NCBI GenBank assembly: GCA_964409875.1
Contig: CAYPEN010000004.1
Span: forward strand, 11,596-75,595
Length of the DNA stretch: 64,000 nt
Direction of reading: 5' to 3'
Source of the DNA: an uncultured Gammaproteobacteria bacterium
Lineage (GTDB): Bacteria; Patescibacteriota; Microgenomatia; Levybacterales; GWA1-39-11
Under the pieces are notes generated by a model. The model had not been told where the DNA came from and made no database searches. It was given only the letters and a program-made list of their open reading frames with translations. Positions 56,282-64,000 of the stretch are shown piece by piece. The position numbers were made by a program, and so were the translations under genes. The first letter of the stretch is position 1; each line of letters starts with the position of its first letter.

Positions 56282-58028
56282 GGAGTTTTTGGTTACCTTC
56301 TATTTGGTAATTAAGAAGCTCTGCATAGAGTCCCTTTTGCTGGGAAAGTTCTTTTGGAGTGCCATAATTTGTTATCCGTCCTTCTTCAACAACTATAACT
56401 TTATCTACATTTTGAATAGTTGAAAATCTATGGGCGATAATAATTGTAAGCTTATCGCGCATCAAAACTCCGAGCGCTTCTTGTACCTCTTTTTCACTTT
56501 TGGCATCAAGTGATGAGGTAGCTTCGTCCAGAATAAGAATAGGTGCTGCTTTAAGAATAGCCCTGGCAATCTGAATTCTCTGCTTCTGTCCTCCGGAGAG
56601 TTTGACCCCACGCTCTCCTATCTCGCTATCAAGCCCTTTGGGGAGTTTTGAGACAAATTCATATGCGTTTGCTTGCTTGAGGGCTGTTATTATTTCTTTT
56701 TCTGTTGCTTTCTCTTTTCCATAGGCTACATTTTCTCTTACTGTTGAGGAGAACAATTCGTTTTCCTGAAATACGAGTGCGATATTATTTCTGATAAATT
56801 GAGGTGAAAGCTTTGTATACGGCATACCCTTCAGATATATTTCACCACCAGTCGGCTGATAGAGTTTCATGATGAGGTTTACGATGGTAGACTTACCTGC
56901 TCCGCTATGCCCGACAAGTGCAATTTTTTCTTTGGATGAAATTTTGAATGAAACATTTTTCAAAACCTGCTCCGACCCTTCGTATTGGAATTCAACTTTT
57001 TTGAATTCAATTTCAGGATTTTTGACCATTTCTGTTTTTACTTTTTCTTTGTAGTCTTCGGCCGAAGGGAGGTCGAGGATTTCAAAATACTCTTTGCTTC
57101 CTTGTTCTGCCTGTTGGACTTGCGTGAGTATGAAAGACATCGCAAAAAGAGGGATACGTGCTTGATTGAATAACTGTAAGACCAAGACCATTTCTCCAAG
57201 TGTTAGCGCTCCTGTGAACGTGTTGTAGAACACGATGACGTTTATAGCAAAAAGGATTAGGATAAGTGAGAAATTACGGGCAAAATCAAATTTATGGAAT
57301 GTTGAACTCTGACCTGCATAAATTTTATTGATTTGAGTAAGGCCTTCCGAGACAGAACTGAATTCGGCTTTCTCCCTCGTAAATCCTTTGACGAGGCGGA
57401 TATTTCCAATTACCTCATTAATTCGTCCCCGCGTTATGTCTTCAATTTTATTCTTCTTGACCTCTTCTTTTCCCCATTTGACGGTCGAATAGTAAGAGAG
57501 CATAAGATAAATTGGGAAAAGTATGAAGGTAAAAAAGGCGATAGGAAGATTGTAGTAGGCAAGAATCACAATAGTAAAAAGGCTTTGAAGAAGTGTGGGA
57601 AGGATGAAATTCGAAGCTCCGTTCAGGAATTGATATATGGTAAAAATTCCTCTGTTGAGCTGGTTGACAATTTTTCCTGACACCTGCCCGTCAAAGTAAC
57701 TTTGAGGAAGTGTGAGAACTTTATCATAGAATTTTTCGGTCAGATATTGCCGTAATTTTCCAGCAAAATGATCGCCAAGCCTGTCTGAAATCGTGTTCAC
57801 CAGAACTCCCAAGAAACTTGCCCCAAATGCGAGAAGAATAAGCGTGATAAGGTGTTGAACGTTGCCTCCATGTCCCGATAATTTTTTTGTAATTTCATCG
57901 ACAATAAATTTTGATAAAAGAGGAGCGATAAGTTGTAGAGCAGAGGATAGAAGAATAAGAAATCCGATAAGGCCAACAAGAGAGTGGAGAGGTTTTGATA
58001 ATTTTATAATTTTCCAAATGTTTTTCAT
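56256..58028 (-). CDS. ABC transporter, fused permease/ATP-binding exporter (MsbA-like)
   Basis: Six TM helices. Walker A GHSGAGKST, signature LSGGQKQRIQIARAIL, Walker B ILILDEATS. Confidence 0.9.
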   Translation of the reverse strand: MKNIWKIIKLSKPLHSLVGLIGFLILLSSALQLIAPLLSKFIVDEITKKLSGHGGNVQHLITLILLAFGASFLGVLVNTISDRLGDHFAGKLRQYLTEKFYDKVLTLPQSYFDGQVSGKIVNQLNRGIFTIYQFLNGASNFILPTLLQSLFTIVILAYYNLPIAFFTFILFPIYLMLSYYSTVKWGKEEVKKNKIEDITRGRINEVIGNIRLVKGFTREKAEFSSVSEGLTQINKIYAGQSSTFHKFDFARNFSLILILFAINVIVFYNTFTGALTLGEMVLVLQLFNQARIPLFAMSFILTQVQQAEQGSKEYFEILDLPSAEDYKEKVKTEMVKNPEIEFKKVEFQYEGSEQVLKNVSFKISSKEKIALVGHSGAGKSTIVNLIMKLYQPTGGEIYLKGMPYTKLSPQFIRNNIALVFQENELFSSTVRENVAYGKEKATEKEIITALKQANAYEFVSKLPKGLDSEIGERGVKLSGGQKQRIQIARAILKAAPILILDEATSSLDAKSEKEVQEALGVLMRDKLTIIIAHRFSTIQNVDKVIVVEEGRITNYGTPKELSQQKGLYAELLNYQIEGNQKLLESFGLHT

Positions 58029-58296
58029 ACAAGTATTTTACCATAATTTGAGCTTGTTTTTACGGAGATTTGCTTTATTTAGGGAGCTCTATTAAAATAT
58101 AGGATAATTAGTGATGCTAGGATGGGCTTTTAAGAGTGTATAATGTTTAGTTTTTGAAAAACCAAACAGGATTTACAATTTAAACGCCGTAGCGCGGTAC
58201 TTCCACCGTTATCAACAAGCATCCACAACCCAGAAGGTTTTCGTCATACGAATTCCTCAAAAAAACTAACGCCGGGTGTTGGGAAGGAATTTACAA

Positions 58297-58323
58297 ATCC
58301 TCAAACCCTTGAGGATTTTTTTT
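58297..58323 (+). terminator. intrinsic terminator within the leader of the downstream + strand gene (attenuator candidate)
   Basis: ATCCTCAA-ACCC-TTGAGGAT perfect 8-bp stem followed by 7-8 T. No + strand gene upstream for it to terminate. Confidence 0.6.
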
Positions 58324-58361
58324 GTTCCCTTTTTTTGGTACCCAGGCTCAAAACAATAATT

Positions 58362-59024
58362 ATGAGACCTGAAATAAGTAGTATCGTAGGTAAAAAAGTA
58401 TCAAAAAAAGAGTTTGCAGCCCGCTCAATTGCAACTCTTGTTATCGCGGGTTCAGCTATTATTGGTGGCTCAGCTAAAAAAGCGGAAGCCTCACAGTATT
58501 TGACTTCATACGATGCTTCAGATATTGCAAACCCCGCTGATATTTTTTTGCGGCCTGTATATGGTCCGCAAGCTCCTACCGTGGAACAATTAACGATGCA
58601 AGCGGGCCAGGAATTTAGGATAGGAATTGAAAATGCACAAAAGCAGCTAGAACAAGATGCACTGATTGCAGGGAAAAAACAAGATGTCCAAGATAAATCA
58701 GCAGAAGAACCGTCTTCAGTAATAGCTCAAAGCATTTCTGTTACCTCACAAACTGAAGGAAATCTGTCATTACAACCATGCGGGGGAGAGTACCCTCCTT
58801 GTTGGGTTGCCGAAAGAGAAAGTCACGGGAATTATGCAGCTGTCAATTCAACCGGCTGCGGCGGACGTACGTGTGGTGGAAAATGGCAATTTGATCCCTT
58901 AACGTGGGATGGTTATGGGGGATATGAATTTGCCCAGGATGCGCCCCCTGCGCTTCAGGACTCAAAAGCAAAGGAGTTATGGAATGGAGGACAAGGATGT
59001 GGACATTGGGCCGCCTGTGAATAA
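58362..59024 (+). CDS. secreted lysozyme-like transglycosylase-domain protein
   Basis: Signal peptide after the ATG at 58362 (the track's TTG is at 58335). C-terminal WVAERESHGNYAAVNSTGCGGRTCGGKWQFDPLTW matches the IsaA/SceD-type transglycosylase-like domain. Confidence 0.7.
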   Translation: MRPEISSIVGKKVSKKEFAARSIATLVIAGSAIIGGSAKKAEASQYLTSYDASDIANPADIFLRPVYGPQAPTVEQLTMQAGQEFRIGIENAQKQLEQDALIAGKKQDVQDKSAEEPSSVIAQSISVTSQTEGNLSLQPCGGEYPPCWVAERESHGNYAAVNSTGCGGRTCGGKWQFDPLTWDGYGGYEFAQDAPPALQDSKAKELWNGGQGCGHWAACE

Positions 59025-59080
59025 TTGATATGTTTTGATATCTTTACATCAGCCTTCTTACAATGGTATAAAATCATAAT

Positions 59081-59653
59081 TTGACTACCGAGGTATTATC
59101 ATTACAAGTAGAAAACACCCTTCCAACCATCAATAGCATTCCTTCTTTTTTTCCTACAATTCCGCCACTTGAAATTGAAACAGCAAGTGTAATTGATGCG
59201 GTCGAAAGGGTAATTGTCCAATACCAAAATGAAGGAGACAGTATGTTTATCTCTCCTGAGGCAAAAGTAGGCTGTTATGTGGGATTACGGGATATGTCCC
59301 GCAGTGTTCCCAGATATACTAACATTACTGACGTAAGGGACAAAAATGCAGTACCCAACAGGCTCAGTGGAAGGCTGGATAATTCATTTGCCACTCTTCA
59401 CGAGCTTTGGAGGCACGATCCTCTTATACAAAAGCGTCTTGAGGAGGAAAGAATACAGTTTGATAAGAAATACCGTGAATGGTATGGAACTATCGATGAA
59501 CCGGGAGTAAGAGATAGGATGTTTGATTGTTTTACGGCTAACTCTGACCAAGAATCAAGGGTCTCTGAAAGGGAATTTGAAGCACTTGAAATGAAAGCAA
59601 GAAGGGCTTATTTTTTGCCCACTATGACAACTGCGTCCGAATTTCCCGTGTAA
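59081..59653 (+). CDS. hypothetical protein
   Basis: 190 aa ORF; no recognised domain. Confidence 0.4.
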   Translation: MTTEVLSLQVENTLPTINSIPSFFPTIPPLEIETASVIDAVERVIVQYQNEGDSMFISPEAKVGCYVGLRDMSRSVPRYTNITDVRDKNAVPNRLSGRLDNSFATLHELWRHDPLIQKRLEEERIQFDKKYREWYGTIDEPGVRDRMFDCFTANSDQESRVSEREFEALEMKARRAYFLPTMTTASEFPV

Positions 59654-60285
59654 TCGGCAGTTGCAGCTCCAACCGTGTACGTGTCGGATAGATCCGACTT
59701 TAGAAGGTCCAGATAATTCTTCTTTGTACTTTTCACCTGTATAGTTGTTGTTTCATAATCAAAATTATCGGCGTTACCCGAAGAAACGACATCGTACCCC
59801 AATTTTTTCAATGCATCGGATGCTTTTGTTGCAGCTCCTGCTTCACCGCTCCCATTAAGAACAGCTACGGTTAGATTAGCCCTGTCAAGGGTTGAAGCTT
59901 TGGTAGAACCTGTAGGAGTTGGAACGCCCTTTGAGGGAGTAGGTGTTATTTTTGAAGTTGGAGTAGGTATGGTTTTTCCACTTGTAGGTGTGGGTGTTTC
60001 GGTAGGCGAGGGGGATGGAGTTGCCGTAGGTTGGGCTGGAGTTGGGGTAAGGTTTTTTTCGTTTTCACCCTTCCCTCCGGTTGCTATGACTGCAAATGCA
60101 ACAAGTGCTACAAGGATAATGATTCCAATGATGATAAATATCACTCTTTTATTTCCACGTGAGCCACGTGATGATTCATACACATAGGACCTGCGGGAGG
60201 GATTTAAGAATTGTTGTTCTTGGCTATTTTCGTCTGCCATGGCATTTTTCAGGGGACAGTGGGATGAATACAGATATGATACCAC
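59608..60285 (-). CDS. LytR_C (LytR/CpsA/Psr C-terminal) domain membrane protein
   Basis: TM anchor, Pro/Thr linker, and C-terminal LTVAVLNGSGEAGAATKASDALKKLGYDV...TTIQV consensus. Confidence 0.65.
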   Translation of the reverse strand: MVSYLYSSHCPLKNAMADENSQEQQFLNPSRRSYVYESSRGSRGNKRVIFIIIGIIILVALVAFAVIATGGKGENEKNLTPTPAQPTATPSPSPTETPTPTSGKTIPTPTSKITPTPSKGVPTPTGSTKASTLDRANLTVAVLNGSGEAGAATKASDALKKLGYDVVSSGNADNFDYETTTIQVKSTKKNYLDLLKSDLSDTYTVGAATADYTGNSDAVVIVGKK

Positions 60286-60365
60286 GATTTATCCCAAAAA
60301 CAAGGTGAGCATAGGTCTTACCTTAATCATATGCAATTATTATCCTATGAACGGATAATCTGTAT

Positions 60366-61028
60366 ATGCTTGGGAGCATAGTACTGCCGAAAAATAAAGA
60401 GGTTAGAATTTCTGAGAAGGAGAAGGGTGAAAATAAACCGAATAAGGATGAGGGAATTTTCAACGATATTGAACCGAAGGATTATTCAAAAAAAGTAAAA
60501 AACAAGAAGGATTTTGCAAAGGAAGAGACTTCAGAATTTGGTAAAAAGGCGCAAAAAGAAGGAAAGGAGGAAGCGCATAAGGAAATTGTAAAAGAGACGG
60601 AAAAACAACAGGAGATTTTGGAAGATGTAATTCAAAAGTCAAAAAAAGTTCTTTTTAAGTCAAAATCCGTATTTCCCTTTGATTGGTTTCCCGATGAACT
60701 TATTATTGATCCGACAAAAGTAATTATCGTTCACAAAGAATTTTTGAGCTCCGGAACAATGGATACTGTATATATAAAGGATATTGCCGATGTTGTGATA
60801 GAAACCGGGCCGTATTTGGCGACAGTCAATATTGTTGATATAAGTTATGGTGCCAGCAAACACTATATCAAAAAGCTCAAAAAAGCAGATGCATTAAGAG
60901 CAAGAGAAATCATTGAAGGATTAGTTACGGCACTTAAGGCAGGAATCGATATTTTAAAATTACCCGGCGAAAATATTTTGTCCTCAATAAGTCAGCTTTC
61001 CGGAATGCAGAAGATAGCAAATCCGTAA
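60366..61028 (+). CDS. hypothetical protein with bacterial PH-like (bPH_2/YdbT-like) C-terminal domain
   Basis: K/E-rich N-terminus. The C-terminal ...VYIKDIADVVIETGPYLATVNIVDISYGAS...ADALRAREII is the typical bPH_2 pattern (inference). Confidence 0.45.
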   Translation: MLGSIVLPKNKEVRISEKEKGENKPNKDEGIFNDIEPKDYSKKVKNKKDFAKEETSEFGKKAQKEGKEEAHKEIVKETEKQQEILEDVIQKSKKVLFKSKSVFPFDWFPDELIIDPTKVIIVHKEFLSSGTMDTVYIKDIADVVIETGPYLATVNIVDISYGASKHYIKKLKKADALRAREIIEGLVTALKAGIDILKLPGENILSSISQLSGMQKIANP

Positions 61029-61046
61029 CTTTGGTACAATTGCGGC

Positions 61047-61637
61047 ATGAGGACAATTATCCTGGCATCGCAAAGCAAAGCACGCAAAACACTTTTTGCC
61101 TCTCTTGGTATTCCATTTAAGACTATTCCACCTCATATCAACGAAAAAGCGATACGGGACACAAATCTGTTAAAACGGGCCCAGAATATCGCAAATGCCA
61201 AAGCAGAAAAGATATTCTCCCTTAATCCTGACGCAATAATTATTGCTTGCGATACCTTCAGTGAATGTAAGGGAAAAGCGTTTGAAAAACCGAAAACAAA
61301 GAATGAGGCAAAAGAAATGCTTCAATTCCTTGCAGGAAAAGACGCTGTCAACTACACAGCATTTCGATATATCGATAAAACGAACGAGATTGATTTTGCC
61401 AAAACAGTCAAGGTTTTTTATACATTCCGGATACTCACTGAAAATGAGATAGAAGAATACGTTGAAAAGTTCCCGGTTACAGAATGGGCAGCCGCGTTTG
61501 CCTTAGTTCTCCCTTACGTTACCACGCTTATTGCAAGCGTAAACGGTTCATATACCGGACTGTCATACGGTCTGCCTACAGAGCTATTGATACCGCTTCT
61601 GGTAAAGTCAGGGTTTAAAATACACCCTCAAATGTAG
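61047..61637 (+). CDS. maf: Maf-like nucleoside triphosphate pyrophosphatase
   Basis: IILASQSKARKTLFASLGIPF N-terminal Maf signature. Confidence 0.85.
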   Translation: MRTIILASQSKARKTLFASLGIPFKTIPPHINEKAIRDTNLLKRAQNIANAKAEKIFSLNPDAIIIACDTFSECKGKAFEKPKTKNEAKEMLQFLAGKDAVNYTAFRYIDKTNEIDFAKTVKVFYTFRILTENEIEEYVEKFPVTEWAAAFALVLPYVTTLIASVNGSYTGLSYGLPTELLIPLLVKSGFKIHPQM

Positions 61638-61648
61638 CTTCTCGTTGT

Positions 61649-62743
61649 GTGGTAAAATACGACAAAGTGAAGACAGTTCTTCTTGTTTTGGCAGTAATTA
61701 TCGGTAGTGTATTGCTTTGGAATTATGCAAAAAGTGACAATCCTGCGGTACAAAAAATAACAAAAACCGTTCGAAAAGAACAGCAAACGCCTCACATTGT
61801 CCCCCAAAAGTCAGAAAAAAGATATCTCTTTGTCCCGTATTGGTCTTTTGGAAAAACTATTACAACTGACAGTGAGTACTCCCTTATTTATTTTGGAGCC
61901 GGGGTCAATATGAATGGAATAGAGGCAAATGATAAAGGATATTCCAACATAGCTCCTTTTATTAAGCTAACACCGAATGCATCAGAACGAATTCTGGCAA
62001 TTAGGATGGTTGATAAAACCATAAATTCTGCGATTATCAAAAACTCACTACTCGAAGAAAAAATTGCCTCTCAAGCGGTGGAGTTGGCCATTAAGAACAA
62101 ATTTGACGGTGTACTTTTGGATTACGAAACGTCGGCATTCGGTTTTGAAAGTACAACCAATAACATTTCTTCCTTTTACAAATTATTTGCCAAAAAAGCG
62201 CATGATTCTAATTTGAAATTTTACGTTTCATTGTATGGTGATACATATTTCCAGTCCAGGCCCTTTGACGTTAAAGCCATTGGAGTGGTGGCAGATAAGG
62301 TGCTAATCATGGCCTACGACTTTTCAAAATCGGGAGGCAATCCGGGACCCAATTTTCCATTTTCAGGAAGGGAAAAGTATGGATATGATTTTGCAAAAAT
62401 GATTGATGATTTTCAGAAAGACGTCGATAATCAAAAACTCATCGTCATTCTTGGTTATTTCGGGTATGACTGGCGGGTCGATAAGAATGGGAATGCTCTG
62501 TCTTCAGGCGTACCCCTTTCTACTATTGAAATAACAAAAGAATTCATAGATAAGTGTGGTTATAAGACATGTAATCTGAACAGAGAACCGGTGAGTTATG
62601 AACCTTCTATCCGTTATCAAGATGAAGGAGGAGCGGGTCATATCGTGTGGTTTGAGGATGACAAGTCTATAGCTAAGAAAAAAGATTTCTTGAAAGGAAA
62701 AGGGATTTTAGAGACAGCCGCCTGGGCGTATTCTTACTTCTAG
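61649..62743 (+). CDS. glycoside hydrolase family 18-like protein, membrane anchored
   Basis: N-terminal TM. GH18 catalytic-type motif FDGVLLDYE (DxxDxDxE-like). Confidence 0.6.
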   Translation: MVKYDKVKTVLLVLAVIIGSVLLWNYAKSDNPAVQKITKTVRKEQQTPHIVPQKSEKRYLFVPYWSFGKTITTDSEYSLIYFGAGVNMNGIEANDKGYSNIAPFIKLTPNASERILAIRMVDKTINSAIIKNSLLEEKIASQAVELAIKNKFDGVLLDYETSAFGFESTTNNISSFYKLFAKKAHDSNLKFYVSLYGDTYFQSRPFDVKAIGVVADKVLIMAYDFSKSGGNPGPNFPFSGREKYGYDFAKMIDDFQKDVDNQKLIVILGYFGYDWRVDKNGNALSSGVPLSTIEITKEFIDKCGYKTCNLNREPVSYEPSIRYQDEGGAGHIVWFEDDKSIAKKKDFLKGKGILETAAWAYSYF

Positions 62744-62761
62744 TGTTGATATAATTGAAAT

Positions 62762-63391
62762 ATGAAAAGACTATATTTAACTTCAACTGTTAATTTTGTT
62801 GCAAAACGCATCGCACAGGATTTAAACCCTAAAGCTCCAATGAACAAGCTTGCATTTGTTTTAACAGCTACAGAAGACAAAGAGCGCGATACTACTTGGA
62901 TTACTAACGATAAGAATAGCTTGAAAGAAGTGGGATTTGATGTTTTTGACTACACAATCACTAATAAAAATGAAAATGAAATCAGAAATGATCTTAAAGA
63001 CACGAATTTTATATATGTAGAGGGTGGAAATACTTTTTATCTTCTCGAAAAAGCACAGCAAAGCGGTTTTATAAAAGTAATTAGGGATTTCATTTTAAAA
63101 GAAGAAAAAATTTATATTGGAACTAGCGCCGGTTCTATTATTGCTGGTCGAGATACGTATCCTACACTAATATTGGATGATGTTTCACTTGCCCCAAATC
63201 TTAAGGGGTATAAAGGTTTTGGATTGGTTGATTTTACGATATTGCCTCATTGGGGAAGCGACAAGTTCAAAGATTTGTATCTAAATCTCCGACTCGCACA
63301 TTCTTATAATGGAACGAGCCAGCTTATTTTACTTCGCGATAATCAATACGTTGAGGTTAAAGATGATTGGTATAGGATTATTGAAGTCTAA
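62762..63391 (+). CDS. peptidase E / S51 family dipeptidase
   Basis: YVEGGNTFYLL and catalytic Ser region IGTSAGSII. Confidence 0.8.
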   Translation: MKRLYLTSTVNFVAKRIAQDLNPKAPMNKLAFVLTATEDKERDTTWITNDKNSLKEVGFDVFDYTITNKNENEIRNDLKDTNFIYVEGGNTFYLLEKAQQSGFIKVIRDFILKEEKIYIGTSAGSIIAGRDTYPTLILDDVSLAPNLKGYKGFGLVDFTILPHWGSDKFKDLYLNLRLAHSYNGTSQLILLRDNQYVEVKDDWYRIIEV

Positions 63392-63398
63392 ACATTTT

Positions 63399-64000
63399 TT
63401 ATTCCAGTGTTGATAGCAATGGTATGGAAAGTTTGATTTCTTTTTTCTTTCTTATCAAACGGTCGGAGTCAAAAAGACTTGTTCCGAAATCCACCTTTTT
63501 AGCTTCATAAACGGGATATACTTTTTTTGCCTTTTTTTCAAATTCGGAATTCCCAAAAAAAAGCGATGCCTGTTTTTGTGTATTTTCACAAAAATCGTAA
63601 ATGGTTGCTCCCGATGCGCGATAGAGGACGCCTTTCCTATAGATTTTTTCAAAGCCATCTTTCAATTCTTTACGGATAGCAAGAGGAAAAGAGGTAGGTT
63701 CAGCAAGCTTTATCTCAATAGCATGATGATGAAAGTCCTGAGACTTAAGGTAAATTGTAAGCCTTTTGACCGCATACGTATAATTCCTTGCCTTCAAAAA
63801 AACATCTTCAATATGCGCCAAAAGCCGGGCCCAGAGGATATCCTTATTGTTTGTCGCAGGAGTTACGGTTGAGGAACGGGTCATCGATTTGTATTCACGC
63901 TTGGCATTCGGGTTGACCCCATACACCATCTCTCCATTTAATTCCCGCCATATTTCCTGATACGGTTTTGAAAAGTAGCGCTTGATAAAAGTGTCAGGTT
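63399..64000 (-). CDS. Y-family DNA polymerase (DinB-like) C-terminal part, 5' partial at window edge
   Basis: The minus-strand frame stays open to the window end. LTIYLKSQDFHHHAIEIKLAEPT resembles the little-finger domain of Pol IV. Confidence 0.45.
   Translation of the reverse strand, partial: PDTFIKRYFSKPYQEIWRELNGEMVYGVNPNAKREYKSMTRSSTVTPATNNKDILWARLLAHIEDVFLKARNYTYAVKRLTIYLKSQDFHHHAIEIKLAEPTSFPLAIRKELKDGFEKIYRKGVLYRASGATIYDFCENTQKQASLFFGNSEFEKKAKKVYPVYEAKKVDFGTSLFDSDRLIRKKKEIKLSIPLLSTLE

Noticed and set aside
1-64000. Genome-wide TGA recoding (e.g. TGA=Gly, code 25) as the explanation for the split gene at 22981-24108
   Set aside because: Several confident genes (mltG, the ECF sigma gene, the 258 aa ORF itself) end at TGA with sensible C-termini. 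Other genes use TAA/TAG in roughly expected proportions.

Overview
This 64 kb window is a gene-dense stretch of a low-GC bacterial genome, by eye about 35-40% GC. The overall look suggests a small-genome Patescibacteria/CPR-like organism, which is inference: short AlaRS, many Thr/Pro-repeat secreted proteins, a sortase, nucleotide-salvage genes, and GGAGG ribosome-binding sites. Core genes are clear: alaS, an rpoB-rpoC-rpsL-rpsG block, fusA, guaA, purF, murB, tdk, maf and mltG. Between rpsG and fusA lies about 18.6 kb of accessory-looking DNA. It holds a His/Asp-rich secreted protein, an ECF sigma/anti-sigma pair, an MBL-fold hydrolase, a cyclophilin, an M24 peptidase, a PD40-repeat surface protein, a Crp regulator, and a single conspicuously GC-rich GAPDH gene that looks horizontally acquired. 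Directly after fusA sits a two-gene ATP-citrate lyase operon (aclB/aclA) of native composition, which is unexpected for this type of organism. Other notable items are an archaeal-type AMP phosphorylase homolog, a bacterial topoisomerase IB, two lysozyme-like transglycosylase proteins (one Rpf-type), a lamin-tail-domain protein and a Met-rich MXKDX-like repeat protein. One gene is split by a single in-frame TGA. The leader of the second transglycosylase gene carries an intrinsic terminator, consistent with an attenuator or riboswitch-like element. A cluster at 51.4-55.7 kb contains a DUF2130-like nuclease-like coiled-coil protein, small ORFs, an ATPase-like/winged-helix regulator and an HD hydrolase. 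I found no rRNA or tRNA genes, no CRISPR array and no transposase or integrase. No single feature can be proven to be a novel system from sequence alone; the ACL operon, the split TGA gene, the leader at 58.0-58.4 kb and the 51-56 kb cluster are the best candidates for follow-up.
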